From: an uncultured Bacillota bacterium
GTDB lineage: Bacteria > Sysuimicrobiota > Sysuimicrobiia > Sysuimicrobiales > Segetimicrobiaceae
DNA: 64,000 nucleotides
NCBI GenBank assembly: GCA_963804645.1
Contig: CAWDRG010000001.1
Span: 32,001-96,000 of the forward strand
Direction of reading: 5' to 3'
Part shown: piece by piece, positions 38,713-49,805 of the stretch
Layout: the number at the start of each line of letters is the position of its first letter
Position numbering within the stretch: the first letter of the stretch is position 1
Notes under the pieces: generated by a model
Databases searched by the model: none
The model's input: only the letters and a program-made list of their open reading frames with translations
What the model was told of the DNA's origin: nothing
Program-made: the position numbers and the translations under genes

Positions 38713-39944
38713 CGGCGGCCGCCGGCGAGGCGGACCGCCTCCGGCATCGCGCGCAGGCGCAGCATCGACACCACCCCGAAGAGGGGGCCGGCGGCCAGCA
38801 CCGCGAACGCGCCCGACCATCCGATCTGACGCTCCACGAACGGCAGCAGTTGAATGCTCGCGGCGGTCAGCAGAAACCCGAGTGACGTCTGGAGCGCCAG
38901 CGCGCTGCCGACCCGATCGGGCTCGGCGAGCTCACTGACGGCCGCGGAGAATTGAGCCGAGTCGGCGATCACGGTGATGCCCCACACGATCGCCACCGCC
39001 AGCATCAGCGCCGGCGCGTGGCCGAAGAGCGCCCCGGTGGCGATGGCGCTTGCGCCGCTGAGCGCCATCGCGCCGGCGGTCGTCAGCGTCCGCCCCGCGC
39101 GGTCGGCCGCCCAGCCGGCCGCGAGACACCCCAGCGCACCCGCCCCGATCACCGCGGCGGCCCACAGGTGGGCCGCCCGCGTCACCCCATCCGGATCGGC
39201 GCCGCCGGATGAGGCGCGGAGGCTCGCGAGCAGGAACACCGGCACCCAGGTCCACATCGCGTACAGCTCCCACATGTGCCCGAAGTATCCGAAGTTCGCC
39301 AGCCGGATCGCGCGCGGATGGAGCGAACGCAGCGCCCACCCGAGATCGAGACGTGCGGCGGGGGCTTCGAACGGGCCCGCCCGGACGCAGGCGGCGACCA
39401 GCACCGCAGACGCCAGCGCCCCGACGCTGGTCGCCATGATCACGGCCTGCCACGGGAGCCTCGCCGCGGGCAGGGCGCCCGCGATCAGGTGGGGCAGCGC
39501 GGCACCGAGCGTGAGCGCGCCGACCAGCGTCCCGATCGCGAACCCCCGCCCCTCACGGAACCATCCGGCCATGAGCTTCATACCGGTCGGATAGACGCCG
39601 GCCAGGACGAACCCGAGCCCGACCCGCACCGCGACGGCGGCCCGCAGGTCGCCGTGGGTGCCGAGCAGCAGCGCGTTGATCCCCGCGGCCAGGACGGCGG
39701 CGACGATGAACACTCGCCGCGTCGAGAAGACGTCCGCGGCGCCGCTGACGGCGAGGACGAGCGCGCCGACCACGAAGCCGAGCTGCACCCCGACCGTCAA
39801 GAGCCCGATTTCAGGCGCCGACAGCCTCCAGACGAGCGCGAGCGCCGGCGCGACGGCGGCGGCGCTGAACCAGGTGCTCATCGCGCCGATCTGCGCAACA
39901 GCAATCAGCGCGAGCGCGGCCCAGCGGCCGGGCGGAGATGTCAT
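38709..39944 (-). CDS. MFS transporter
   Basis: About 12 TM segments; GVYPTGMK, GYFGHMWELYA, ADSAQFS. Confidence 0.9.
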   Translation of the reverse strand: MTSPPGRWAALALIAVAQIGAMSTWFSAAAVAPALALVWRLSAPEIGLLTVGVQLGFVVGALVLAVSGAADVFSTRRVFIVAAVLAAGINALLLGTHGDLRAAVAVRVGLGFVLAGVYPTGMKLMAGWFREGRGFAIGTLVGALTLGAALPHLIAGALPAARLPWQAVIMATSVGALASAVLVAACVRAGPFEAPAARLDLGWALRSLHPRAIRLANFGYFGHMWELYAMWTWVPVFLLASLRASSGGADPDGVTRAAHLWAAAVIGAGALGCLAAGWAADRAGRTLTTAGAMALSGASAIATGALFGHAPALMLAVAIVWGITVIADSAQFSAAVSELAEPDRVGSALALQTSLGFLLTAASIQLLPFVERQIGWSGAFAVLAAGPLFGVVSMLRLRAMPEAVRLAGGRR

Positions 39945-39953
39945 TCGCGAACG

Positions 39954-39981
39954 ATTCGCCGGCGCCGGGGCGGCATCCCGC
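39954..39981 (-). promoter_or_regulatory. Sigma-H-like promoter, possibly leaderless, for the MFS gene
   Basis: GCGGGA-N18-GAAT, 9 nt before the ATG. Confidence 0.5.
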
Positions 39982-40207
39982 GTGCTCGACGGATGGGGAC
40001 GCTCAGCGGCTCCGGGCGACCGCCCAGGACGCACCCCGAGTCGCCGGGCCGTGCGGGTGCAGCGTGCCACCGCGCCCCGCCGAGGCGAGCCCGGGCGCGC
40101 CGGCGGCCCCGTGTGAACCAATCGTGACAAACGCGCATGTAGAATATACCTGCAGGACGGACGAGAGAGCCTGTCGCGTCGTCCGGAGACGCTGTGGAGG
40201 TGTGTCC

Positions 40208-40813
40208 ATGACGCGTCGCAATTTCGTTCTCGCGGTGTCGGTCGTGATGGCCGGCGCGATGCTCGCCGCGACGGCTCCGGTCGGCGCCGCGCCCGCCGCT
40301 CCGATCACAGGCACGATCGTGTCGGCGACACCGGACACGATCGTGCTGAACACCGCTCAGGGGAACAAGACGATCAAGACGACCGCGAAGACGACGGTCA
40401 TCGAGCAGAGCCCCGCCAAGCTGTCCGACATCAAGAAGGGCGAGTGGCTCGGCGTGGACGCCAAGAAGAGCGCGACCGGCACGCTGACCGCGGTGTCGAT
40501 CCACATCTTCCCGGCGCAATCGACGGGCAAGTTCCGGACCGGGCAGTGGACAATGACGAGCGGCGACACGATGACCAACGCCCAGGTGACGCAGACCGTC
40601 AGCCAGGTCTCCGGGCACACCATCTCCCTCGCGTACGAGGGCGGCATGGCGAAGATTCTCGTCCCGTCGAGCGCCAAGATCTACCGCCTCGTCCGCAGCT
40701 CGGTCACCGCGCTGAAGCCGCAGATGCACGCGATGGTGCGTGGCCAGCCCAACGCGGACGGCACCGTCACGGCGGCGGCGATCACCGTCGAGACCATGAC
40801 CGCGATGCACTAA
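40208..40813 (+). CDS. Secreted protein with two tandem OB-fold-like (DUF5666-like) domains
   Basis: TRRNF Tat-like signal; two repeats ending G..TA..I; GGAGG SD. Confidence 0.75.
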   Translation: MTRRNFVLAVSVVMAGAMLAATAPVGAAPAAPITGTIVSATPDTIVLNTAQGNKTIKTTAKTTVIEQSPAKLSDIKKGEWLGVDAKKSATGTLTAVSIHIFPAQSTGKFRTGQWTMTSGDTMTNAQVTQTVSQVSGHTISLAYEGGMAKILVPSSAKIYRLVRSSVTALKPQMHAMVRGQPNADGTVTAAAITVETMTAMH

Positions 40814-40971
40814 GCGACGCTCCCGCGCATGTGGGGCCGGGTGCCACGCGGTGCCCGGCCCCCGTCGTTTAACGTCGCAGGAGGCCCCGAAGACCGGCCA
40901 GAAACCACCGCTGGTTCTTCCCCCGGCGCGGTGCCGACGCGTCGGCATCGCGCATCACCACGGAGGCACGC

Positions 40972-42165
40972 ATGCCGCAGACGCGCAAGCCCACGCTGAC
41001 GCCCGACGAAGCCCGCGCGCTCCACCGGGAGGCGCTCGTGATCGACAGCCAGCAGCCGCCGATCGCGAGCGGCGCGGTGTTCACGCCGAGGATGAAGCAG
41101 GCGATCGAGGAGGCGATCCGGCAGGGCGCAACCGCCCGCGACGAGTTGGGGCCCCGGATGGCGTCGTTGACGGCGACCGAGCTGATGACGTCGGCCGACG
41201 CGCAGCAACAGTACCTCGATCTCTGGAACCGGTCCGGCGTCACGATCGCGTGCGGCACGTTCTCGGGGACACATAAGTACACGGGCGCCTTCGAGCGCGC
41301 GAACGAACTGATCGGCCGCGCGTACGGGATCGTGGAGGCGCTCGGCGGTGGCGTCGAGATCGTGCGCTCCGCCGACGATATCGAGCGGGTCCACCGGGAG
41401 CGCAAGCACGGGATTCTCCTCGACTTCCAGAACACAACGCCGATCGGCGACGATCTCGACCGCATCCAGCATTTCTACAACCTGGGTGTCCGGATGGTCC
41501 AGCTGACCTACAACCTCCGCAACATCGTGGGCGACGGCTGCACCGAGGCCAACCCGAGCGGCCTCTCGTACTTCGGCCGTGAGGTCGTCCGCCGACTGAA
41601 CGAGACGAAGATCCTCGTGGACGTGAGCCACCCGAGCGAACCGGTCGGCTGGGACGCGCTCAAGTTCTCCACGGCGCCGGTGATCGTGTCCCACTCCTCG
41701 AGCAAGGCGGTCTGCTATCACGACCGCGGCAAGACGGACGAGCTGGCGAAGGCGGTCGCCGAGCGCGGCGGGTACTTCGGTGTCGTCGTGATCGCCGGGT
41801 TCATCTCCGACAAGCACGAGGTGACCCTCGACGCCTTCGTCGACCACGTGGAGCACCTCGTCGACGTGTGCGGCATCGACCACGTCGGGATCGGGACGGA
41901 CAAGATGGGGCCCGGGCCCGGCACCGAATCGATGGTCCAGTATCCGGAGTCGATGCCCCGGCACAGCTCGGGGTCGTTTGACTGGGCCGGGTTCCGGCTG
42001 AAGGAGCACCGGCTGCTCGGCGACTACGTCCTGCGGGGGTACGAGAACTTCGGCGACTGGCCGAACCTCACCGTCGCACTGGCGAAGCGCGGATTCAATG
42101 AAGCGGAGCTGCGCAAGCTCCTCGGCCTGAACTACCTCCGGGTGCTCCGAGACGTCTGCGGCTAG
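40972..42165 (+). CDS. Membrane dipeptidase (peptidase M19) family protein
   Basis: GVR..QLTYN, DVSH, VSHS, DHVGIGTD, KLLG.N.LRV. Confidence 0.9.
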   Translation: MPQTRKPTLTPDEARALHREALVIDSQQPPIASGAVFTPRMKQAIEEAIRQGATARDELGPRMASLTATELMTSADAQQQYLDLWNRSGVTIACGTFSGTHKYTGAFERANELIGRAYGIVEALGGGVEIVRSADDIERVHRERKHGILLDFQNTTPIGDDLDRIQHFYNLGVRMVQLTYNLRNIVGDGCTEANPSGLSYFGREVVRRLNETKILVDVSHPSEPVGWDALKFSTAPVIVSHSSSKAVCYHDRGKTDELAKAVAERGGYFGVVVIAGFISDKHEVTLDAFVDHVEHLVDVCGIDHVGIGTDKMGPGPGTESMVQYPESMPRHSSGSFDWAGFRLKEHRLLGDYVLRGYENFGDWPNLTVALAKRGFNEAELRKLLGLNYLRVLRDVCG

Positions 42166-42195
42166 TCCGGCGCCGCGCGGAGGGCCGCCGGCGCC

Positions 42196-43287
42196 CTACT
42201 CCGCGGCGCGGGGTGACGCGACCGGCTCCGGAAGGTCGCGCGGCGGGAGGCCGGCGGCCAGCGCGGTCTCGTAGATCTCCCGCCACGTCGACTCGGCAAG
42301 ATCGATGCCGGCCCCGGATCGCTCTCGCCGCGTGATCGCCTCCGGCTGTCCCGGGGTCAGCACCCGGTCGAAGCCGGGTGCCGGCGGCACGTCACGCATC
42401 CGGTTGAGGATGTCACGAGCGGTGGACTTCGCCTCGTTGGCGGGACGGAACGCCCCGACGACGACCGCGCAGAAGAGCGCCCCGGATCGGCGTTGGTCGG
42501 ACGTCTCGTCCCGCTCGAGGGTCGGCGCCGGCGGACGGTCTGCCCCCGTCAGAGCCTGGCCCAGCAGATCGATCATGACCGACAGCGCGTAGCCTTTGTG
42601 CTCGCCGAACGGCAGCAGCGCGCCGCCGTGGTACAACGCTTCGGGATCCGTCGTAGGGCGCCCCTCAGGATCCACCAGCCGTCCGGGCGCCACCGCGCGC
42701 TTCGCGGCCCGGGCGGCGGCGATCTTGCCCGCCGCCACCACCGTGGTGGCGAAGTCGAGCACGACGGGATCCGCCTCGGCCGACGGAAAGCCGATCGCCA
42801 TCGGATTAGTCCCGAGCGCCCGCCGGCTGCCGCGGTAGGGGACCGCGATGGGGTTGAGGCCGCCGAGCCACACCATCCCCACGCACCCGTCGGCCGCCGC
42901 CCGTTCCACAAATTCTCCGAGGCGGCCGAGGTGCGCGCACCGGACCGCGGCGACCATGCCCACGCCGTGCTCGCCGGCGAGTCGAACGGCCTCGTCCATC
43001 CCCGCGCGTCCCGTGAGCTGCCCAAACGCCCAGTCTCCGCTGACGAGCGCGGTGGCCCCCCGCACCGACACGACCCGTGGCCGCGCGGTGGCATCGACCC
43101 CGCCCTGCCGTACCGCCCGGACGTACTGCGGGAGCCGGAGCATGCCGTGCGAATCGTGCCCCATCAGATTGGCCGTGACCAGATCGCCGGCGACGATGCG
43201 GGCCGTCTCCGCGGGCGCGCCGATCGCGGAGAAAATTCGCGCCCCGACCTGCCGCAGGACATCGGCCTGGAACCGCACGTATGCCAT
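42196..43287 (-). CDS. Ldh_2 family (malate/L-lactate/ureidoglycolate dehydrogenase-like) oxidoreductase
   Basis: GHDSHG, H.GR, GTNP, LDFAT, HKGYAL. Confidence 0.92.
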   Translation of the reverse strand: MAYVRFQADVLRQVGARIFSAIGAPAETARIVAGDLVTANLMGHDSHGMLRLPQYVRAVRQGGVDATARPRVVSVRGATALVSGDWAFGQLTGRAGMDEAVRLAGEHGVGMVAAVRCAHLGRLGEFVERAAADGCVGMVWLGGLNPIAVPYRGSRRALGTNPMAIGFPSAEADPVVLDFATTVVAAGKIAAARAAKRAVAPGRLVDPEGRPTTDPEALYHGGALLPFGEHKGYALSVMIDLLGQALTGADRPPAPTLERDETSDQRRSGALFCAVVVGAFRPANEAKSTARDILNRMRDVPPAPGFDRVLTPGQPEAITRRERSGAGIDLAESTWREIYETALAAGLPPRDLPEPVASPRAAE

Positions 43288-43301
43288 GCCACGGCCTCCT
43301 T

Positions 43302-43730
43302 CTAGCGAAACGCGGAGCCGCCAACCCGAGCCGGCCTCGGGCGGCGCGGGACCGTCAGCACGAGCACCGCGCAGAGGACGGCGTACACGAGCGGCACTTC
43401 AATGCCGCCCCGCGTCCAGAAAAACCCGCGCGGCAGATTCGAGGTGACGCCGGCGACCACCATCTCGATCATGATCAGGAGCGCGGCGATCCGGGTGGCG
43501 ACGCCGAAGAACAGGCACACGCCCCCGAGGAACTCGACCAGGGTGACCACCCACGCCCAGAAGAGCGCCGGGACCCACCCGTGCTGTGCGAGCGAACTCG
43601 AAAGCGCGTGGAGCGAGGGATCGTGCACCGCGGCGATCATCCTGGCGGACCCGTGCACGAGGAAGATCGCGCCGACAAGGACGCGCGCGATCCACAACCC
43701 CCACTCGTCCCGCAGGAACCGTGCCTGCAT
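43302..43730 (-). CDS. DoxX family membrane protein
   Basis: R...G.IF..HG, E..GG....G..TR, GG.E. Confidence 0.88.
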   Translation of the reverse strand: MQARFLRDEWGLWIARVLVGAIFLVHGSARMIAAVHDPSLHALSSSLAQHGWVPALFWAWVVTLVEFLGGVCLFFGVATRIAALLIMIEMVVAGVTSNLPRGFFWTRGGIEVPLVYAVLCAVLVLTVPRRPRPARVGGSAFR

Positions 43731-43825
43731 CTCCGCCCCCCGTGCGCGCCGCCGCCCGGGGAAGGTTGGACGGCGGCCCGCGCGGTTCCTGGAGCGGCGC
43801 GCCAGCGCGCCGGCCCAAGACGCGC

Positions 43826-43854
43826 GTTCCCGGCCGCCGCGGGCGGCCGGGAAC
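43826..43854 (-). terminator. Strong hairpin downstream of rpoD, putative terminator
   Basis: GTTCCCGGCCGCC-GCG-GGCGGCCGGGAAC perfect 13-bp stem; no U tract. Confidence 0.6.
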
Positions 43855-43883
43855 CGGAACAGTGCGGGCGCCTCAGGAACGGT

Positions 43884-45032
43884 TTAGTCGATGAAATCCT
43901 TCAGCCGCTTGCTCCGACTCGGATGCCGCAGCTTCCGGAGCGCCTTCGCTTCGATCTGCCGAATCCGCTCGCGGGTGACGCCGAACTCCCGGCCCACTTC
44001 CTCGAGCGTCCGGGGCCGGCCGTCGTCGAGCCCGAACCGGAGCCGGAGCACCTTGCGCTCCCGCGGCGTGAGGGTCTCGAGGACCCCTTCCAGCTGCTCC
44101 TTGAGCATCGTGAACGACGCCGCCTCCGCCGGGGCCAGCGCGTCCTGGTCTTCAATGAAATCTCCGAGATGGCTGTCCTCTTCCTCGCCGATCGGCGTTT
44201 CGAGCGAGATCGGCTCCTGGGCGATCTTGATGATCTCGCGGACGCGCTCGGTCGGCATCTTCATGACGTGGCCGATCTCTTCCGGCATCGGCTCGCGGCC
44301 GAGTTCCTGCAGCAGCTGCCGGGACACCCGGATCAGCTTGTTGATCGTCTCCACCATATGGACCGGGATCCGGATCGTCCGCGCCTGATCGGCGAGCGCG
44401 CGGGTGATCGCCTGGCGGATCCACCACGTCGCATACGTGCTGAACTTGTACCCCTTGCGCCAGTCGAACTTCTCGACCGCGCGGATCAGCCCGAGGTTGC
44501 CCTCCTGAATCAGATCGAGAAACAGCATGCCCCGGCCGACGTACTTCTTCGCGATGCTCACGACGAGGCGCAGGTTCGCTTCGATCAGCCGCCGCTTGGC
44601 CTCCTCGTCGCCCCGCTCCATCCGCTTGGCGAGCTTGATCTCGTCGGCGGAGTTGAGGAGCGGCACCTTGCCGATCTCCTTGAGGTACATCCGGACGGGG
44701 TCGTCGATGCTGACGCCCTCGAGCGGCTCCAGCTCGACGGGCTCGGCCTCTTCCTCGTCCTCCTTCTTCTCGGCCTCTTTGGGGTCGTCCACGACCTTGA
44801 TCTCGAGATCCACGAGCAGGCCGTAGATCTTGTCGTACTCGTCGACGTTGTGCTCGACCTCCGGGACGGCCTGGATCTCGTCATAGGTGACATAACCCCG
44901 CTGGCGGCCCTGCTCCACGAGCTGCCGCAGGTCCGGTGCCAGCGTGGCGATCGCCTTCTCGGCCTCGAGCTTGCGCTTCGACGCCGAAACGTCCGCCTCT
45001 GTAGTTGCGTGTGCTCTCCGAGTCCTAGACAC
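43884..45032 (-). CDS. rpoD: Primary RNA polymerase sigma factor RpoD/SigA
   Basis: [54 protein letters not shown]; short form without a large non-conserved region. Confidence 0.98.
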   Translation of the reverse strand: MSRTRRAHATTEADVSASKRKLEAEKAIATLAPDLRQLVEQGRQRGYVTYDEIQAVPEVEHNVDEYDKIYGLLVDLEIKVVDDPKEAEKKEDEEEAEPVELEPLEGVSIDDPVRMYLKEIGKVPLLNSADEIKLAKRMERGDEEAKRRLIEANLRLVVSIAKKYVGRGMLFLDLIQEGNLGLIRAVEKFDWRKGYKFSTYATWWIRQAITRALADQARTIRIPVHMVETINKLIRVSRQLLQELGREPMPEEIGHVMKMPTERVREIIKIAQEPISLETPIGEEEDSHLGDFIEDQDALAPAEAASFTMLKEQLEGVLETLTPRERKVLRLRFGLDDGRPRTLEEVGREFGVTRERIRQIEAKALRKLRHPSRSKRLKDFID

Positions 45033-46821
45033 TTACCTTCAACTCCCTGAGTCGTTCCTTTTCGTTCTGTGCTTCCGTCAGTTCAACGGCGATGCGGTCC
45101 CGACTGGCATCGTCACGCGCCCGCACCGCCACGCCGTGGGCGTCCATCAGGTGAACGATTCGCTCTTCCACATCGCTCAGCCTCAACCGCTGCACGCATC
45201 CTCCCGCCACTTTGTACGGGTCCGCCTTGACCGGTGGTTCGGCAATCAAAAATCGGCTCAGGAGCGAGACTGCCGTCTCGTCCCGCAGCCGTTCGCGCAT
45301 CCTGCCCACATCGTCCCCCGCCGCCTCGGACGCGAGCAGCACCTCCGCCAACTCGCGGTGCCCAGGCTCGCGAAACATCTCCGGCACCACCAACCGCCGC
45401 ACCGACGCCCGCACGCCCGCGTCGGCCACGAGCAGGTGCAGCAGCAGCCGCTCGGCCGCCGCCCGTCCCGTCGCCTCCGGGACCGGCGCCGCCGCGGGGA
45501 CCCGGGCCGGCCGTCGTGCCTCCTGACGGTGCCCCAGCCGACGAAACTCGTCCCGTATCGCGTCTTCTCGCACGCCCAACCGTTCCGCCAAGAGGCGCAC
45601 GTACTCCCCCTGCCGGACCGGATTGGCTGCTGTAGTGATTAACCGACTCATTTCGTCAACAATTCCAACCTTTCCTTCCACCGTCCGGGGGTCGTGGCGC
45701 TGCAGCGCGGCCGCCATCCGGTACTCGAAGATCGGGAGCGCCTGCGCCAGCAGCTCCGCAAACGCCGGCTGCCCGCGCGCGCGCAGGAACGAATCCGGAT
45801 CGGTGCCGCTCGGGAGCACCGCCACCCGCACCGGCAGCTCGGCCTGGTCGAAGAGCTCCAGGCCGCGCACCGACGCGTCCGCGCCGGCCGCGTCCGCGTC
45901 GTACACGAGCACGGCGCGGGACGCGAAGCGCTTGAGCACCAAGACTTGGTCGAGGGTGAGCGCCGTGCCGAGCGACGCCACGGCCCCGCCGAACCCGAAC
46001 TGATGGCAGGTCACCGCGTCCATATACCCTTCGACCACGACGGCCTCGCCGGATTCCCGGATCGACGACCGCGCGACGTCGAGCGCGTACACGGTCTTCC
46101 CCTTCGAAAACAGCGGGGTCTCCCGGGAGTTCAGGTACTTCGGCACCGCGTCGGCGTCCAGCGCCCGGCCGCCGAACGCGATCGGACGCCCCTGCAGATC
46201 GCGAATCGGAAACACGACCCGGTTCCGCAGCGCGTCGTAGTGACCGGCACTGCCCTGCCGCTCAACGGCCAGCCCCGCCTGCTCGAGCACCGCCGCGTCG
46301 AAGCCGCGGCCGCGCAGCGCCCGCAGCAACTGATCCCACCCGGCGGGCGCATACCCGAGGCCAAACGTCTCGACCACCGCCGGCGTGACCCCGCGCGAGT
46401 CGAGATACTCCCGAGCGCGACGTCCGCCCTCGGCCGCGAGTTCGGCCCGAAAGAAGCTCGCGGCCTCCGCCACCGCGCGCAGCAGCCGCTCCCGCTCCCC
46501 CGCGTGGCGCTCGGCCTCGGGACTCGCCTCGAGCTGCACCCCCGCCCGCTCCGCCAGTTCCTTGCGGGCCTCGCCGAACGACAGCCCGTCGGCCCGCTGG
46601 ACGAAGTCGAACACGTCCCCGCCGGCGTGGCACCCGAAACAGTAGAAAAATCCGCGTTCCGGATCGACCGTGAAGGACGGGGTCTTCTCTGAATGGAAGG
46701 GACACAACCCCTTGTAGCTGCGGCCGGCCCGGCGCAGCGTGACGTGTGACGAAATCACCTCCAGAATATTGATCCGGCGGCGAATCTCGTCCGTCACGTC
46801 TCGTGCTTGCCCTGCCATCAC
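45025..46821 (-). CDS. dnaG: DNA primase
   Basis: CPFH...CFGC zinc finger, KYLNS.ET, EGYMD, YDAD, DPD. Confidence 0.97.
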   Translation of the reverse strand: MMAGQARDVTDEIRRRINILEVISSHVTLRRAGRSYKGLCPFHSEKTPSFTVDPERGFFYCFGCHAGGDVFDFVQRADGLSFGEARKELAERAGVQLEASPEAERHAGERERLLRAVAEAASFFRAELAAEGGRRAREYLDSRGVTPAVVETFGLGYAPAGWDQLLRALRGRGFDAAVLEQAGLAVERQGSAGHYDALRNRVVFPIRDLQGRPIAFGGRALDADAVPKYLNSRETPLFSKGKTVYALDVARSSIRESGEAVVVEGYMDAVTCHQFGFGGAVASLGTALTLDQVLVLKRFASRAVLVYDADAAGADASVRGLELFDQAELPVRVAVLPSGTDPDSFLRARGQPAFAELLAQALPIFEYRMAAALQRHDPRTVEGKVGIVDEMSRLITTAANPVRQGEYVRLLAERLGVREDAIRDEFRRLGHRQEARRPARVPAAAPVPEATGRAAAERLLLHLLVADAGVRASVRRLVVPEMFREPGHRELAEVLLASEAAGDDVGRMRERLRDETAVSLLSRFLIAEPPVKADPYKVAGGCVQRLRLSDVEERIVHLMDAHGVAVRARDDASRDRIAVELTEAQNEKERLRELKVSV

Positions 46822-46892
46822 CCGGTCCGCACCCGCGAAAAAAGAGCCTCATCGTGAACTCGACAAGGCCCGACCCTATGCACCCATCTAAT

Positions 46893-46920
46893 ATTCTCCC
46901 CGCCATCGGCACGATCCTCT
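46893..46920 (-). promoter_or_regulatory. Sigma-H-like promoter upstream of dnaG-rpoD
   Basis: AGAGGA-N18-GAATAT. Confidence 0.65.
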
Positions 46921-47134
46921 CGCCGGCGCCACCCGCGCCGGCTGGAGCGACCCGGACCTCATCTCGAGCGGCGCCTCTCGGAGGCCGATCCGTACGCCGA
47001 ACCGAAAGGGATCGGGGACTCCGGGGGGAAGCGTCCATCCCGAGCGCAACATCGCCATAGGGATGGACGAGCAACCGAGGGCCGTGGCACGCGCGACGGT
47101 CCGCGGACACGCGTGTTCTGGAGGACAGCCGGGG

Positions 47135-47959
47135 ATGGAGCAGCCGGGCCGGGTGGTTGACGAACGACGCGCGGGACGATGGATGTCCGCGCTCATCATG
47201 TTTATCCTGGTCGCGGGCGTGCTGTCGTTCGTCTGGTCGAGCAAGGACTACTGGCTGCTCCCGCTGGCCTCGACGCAGGGGCTCACGCTGGACAACCTGT
47301 TCTACGCGATCCTCATCTTGACCGCGATCCCGTTCGTGCTCGTCCACCTGTTTATCGGGCTCTCCCTGTGGCGGTTCCCGGCGCGCGGCACGGAGCGCGC
47401 CGCGCACTGGCACGAGCACCTGGGCGCGGAGCTGACCTGGACGATTGTCCCGACCATCGCGTTCATCGTGCTCGGCATCTACGGTGAGATCGTCTGGGCG
47501 CACATCTACAGCGCGCCACCGGCGAACGCCCTGCAGGTGCAGGTGGTCGGGCGCCAGTTTGAATGGGAGTTTCGCTACCCTGGACCGGATGGCAAGTTCG
47601 GGCGCACCGCGCCGAAGTTCGTCACCTCGGGCGACCCGTTCGGCATGGACCCGAGCGACCCCGAGAACCAGCAGAACATCGTCACCGTGAACGAGATGCA
47701 CGTGGTCCTCAACCGGCCGGTGTCGGTGCGGATCACCGCGATCGACGTGATCCACAGCTTCTCGCTGCCGAACTTCCGCATGAAGCAGGACGCCGTGCCG
47801 GGCCGCGACGTGAGCATCTGGTTTACGCCGAACAAAGCCGGCACGTACCAGATCGTGTGCGCGCAGCTGTGCGGCGTCGGGCATTACACGATGCGGGGCA
47901 ATATCACGGTAGAGTCGCAGAGCGCGTTCGACCAGTGGCTCGGATCGCAAGGACATTGA
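47135..47959 (+). CDS. coxB: Cytochrome c oxidase subunit II
   Basis: Two TM helices; CuA ligands DVIHSF and CAQLCGVGHYTM; start at 47135 after GGAGG (47063 also possible). Confidence 0.93.
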   Translation: MEQPGRVVDERRAGRWMSALIMFILVAGVLSFVWSSKDYWLLPLASTQGLTLDNLFYAILILTAIPFVLVHLFIGLSLWRFPARGTERAAHWHEHLGAELTWTIVPTIAFIVLGIYGEIVWAHIYSAPPANALQVQVVGRQFEWEFRYPGPDGKFGRTAPKFVTSGDPFGMDPSDPENQQNIVTVNEMHVVLNRPVSVRITAIDVIHSFSLPNFRMKQDAVPGRDVSIWFTPNKAGTYQIVCAQLCGVGHYTMRGNITVESQSAFDQWLGSQGH

Positions 47960-48000
47960 GCGCCGGTCGACGCTCGGATCGCTGAGGCAAAGGAGACGCC

Positions 48001-49755
48001 ATGGACGCCGTCGCCGTACACGAAGCCGGGGCCGCCCACGAGACCCATGCCAAGGAAACGTTCTTCCGGCACTACATCTTCAGCACCGATCACAAGATGA
48101 TCGGCAAGCAGTACTTCCTCACCACGATGTTCATGGCGCTCGTGGGCGGCGGGATGGCGATGCTGATGCGCGACCACCTCGCCTGGCCGAACAACGGGGT
48201 GCTGACCCCGGAGCAATACCTGCAGGCCGTGACGATGCACGGGACGATCATGATCTTCTTCTTCCTGACGGTCATGCTGACCGGCGGCTTCGGCAACCTC
48301 CTGATCCCGCTGATGATCGGCGCGCGGGACATGGCGTTCCCCGTCCTGAACATGATCTCGTACTGGACCTTCGTCCCGGGCGTCATCACGATCCTCGCCT
48401 CGTTCTTCGTGCCGGGCGGTCCCGCCGGCAACGGCTGGACGGCGTACGCGCCGCTCTCCGCGATCCCGGCGGCGGAAGGCGGGGCCGGGTTGGGACAAAC
48501 GCTGTGGCTGGTCGCGCTCCTGTTCGTCGTGATCTCGTCCCTCTTCGGGTCCCTCAACTTCCTCACGACGATCCTGAACATGCGCACCCGCGGCCTGTCG
48601 ATGGGCCGGCTGCCCCTCACGATCTGGGGCATCTTCATCACGGCGGTGCTGGCGCTGCTCTCGTTTCCGGTGCTCATGGCGGGGCTCGGGCTGCTGCTGC
48701 TCGACCGGGTGGCCGGCACGAGCTTCTTCGAGCCCACGAACCTGCTGGTCGGCGGGCAGATCTCGACGCACGCGGGCGGGGACGCGCTCCTGTGGCAGCA
48801 TCTGTTCTGGTTCTTCGGACACCCGGAAGTGTACATCCTGATCCTGACGCCGATGGGCATCGTCTCGGAGATCATCTCCACGTTCTCCCGCAAGCCGATC
48901 TTCGGGTACAAAGCGATGATCCTGTCGCTCTCGGCGATCGGGTTCTTGAGCTTCCTCGTGTGGGGCCACCACATGTTCGTCAGCGGGATGCACCCGCTGC
49001 TCGGCGCCGCGTTCATGGGCTCGACGATCATCATCGCGGTCCCGTCGGCGATCAAGACCTTCAACTGGTGCGCGACGCTGTGGGGGGGCCGGATCCACTT
49101 CACGACCGCGATGCTGTTCGCGATCGGGTTTGTGTCGGTGTTTGTCACCGGCGGCCTGAGCGGCATCTTCCTCGCGATCGCGCCGGTCGACATCTATCTG
49201 CACGACACGTACTTCGTCATCGCGCATTTCCACTTCGTGATGGCCAGCGCCTCGCTGTTCGCGATCCTCGCCGGCACGTACTTCTGGTTCCCGAAGTTCT
49301 TCGGGCGGTTGATGAACGAAACGCTCGGGAAGATCCACTTCGCCCTCACGTTCCTGGGCATCTACGGCACGTTCTACCCGATGCACTTCATCGGGCTGCA
49401 CTCGAACGACCGCCGGCTCTACGACAACGCGGCATACCCGTTCCTCGCGCACACGGGCCCGATCGACGTGTTCATCAGCCTCAGCGCCTTCTTGCTCGGC
49501 GCGGCGCAGCTCATCTTCCTCTTCAACTTCTTCTACAGTCTGAAGTACGGGCCGGTCGCCGACACGAACCCGTGGCGCGCGAACTCGCTGGACTGGCAGA
49601 CGCCCACCCCGCCGCCGCACGGCAACTGGGGAGACGAACTCCCGACGGTGTACCGCTGGCCGTATGACTACAGCGTGCCGGGGGCCAAGGACGATTACAT
49701 CCCGCAGACGGTCCAAGCGGCGCCGGTTGCCGCGGGCGCTGGCGGCGAGGCGTAG
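48001..49755 (+). CDS. coxA: Cytochrome c oxidase subunit I (A1 type)
   Basis: MHG, FWFFGHPEVY, WGHH, HDTYFVIAHFH. Confidence 0.97.
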   Translation: MDAVAVHEAGAAHETHAKETFFRHYIFSTDHKMIGKQYFLTTMFMALVGGGMAMLMRDHLAWPNNGVLTPEQYLQAVTMHGTIMIFFFLTVMLTGGFGNLLIPLMIGARDMAFPVLNMISYWTFVPGVITILASFFVPGGPAGNGWTAYAPLSAIPAAEGGAGLGQTLWLVALLFVVISSLFGSLNFLTTILNMRTRGLSMGRLPLTIWGIFITAVLALLSFPVLMAGLGLLLLDRVAGTSFFEPTNLLVGGQISTHAGGDALLWQHLFWFFGHPEVYILILTPMGIVSEIISTFSRKPIFGYKAMILSLSAIGFLSFLVWGHHMFVSGMHPLLGAAFMGSTIIIAVPSAIKTFNWCATLWGGRIHFTTAMLFAIGFVSVFVTGGLSGIFLAIAPVDIYLHDTYFVIAHFHFVMASASLFAILAGTYFWFPKFFGRLMNETLGKIHFALTFLGIYGTFYPMHFIGLHSNDRRLYDNAAYPFLAHTGPIDVFISLSAFLLGAAQLIFLFNFFYSLKYGPVADTNPWRANSLDWQTPTPPPHGNWGDELPTVYRWPYDYSVPGAKDDYIPQTVQAAPVAAGAGGEA

Positions 49756-49805
49756 AGCGCGACGCGCGCCGGCGTCCGCCTCCGGATACGGCCCACGAAG
49801 GAACG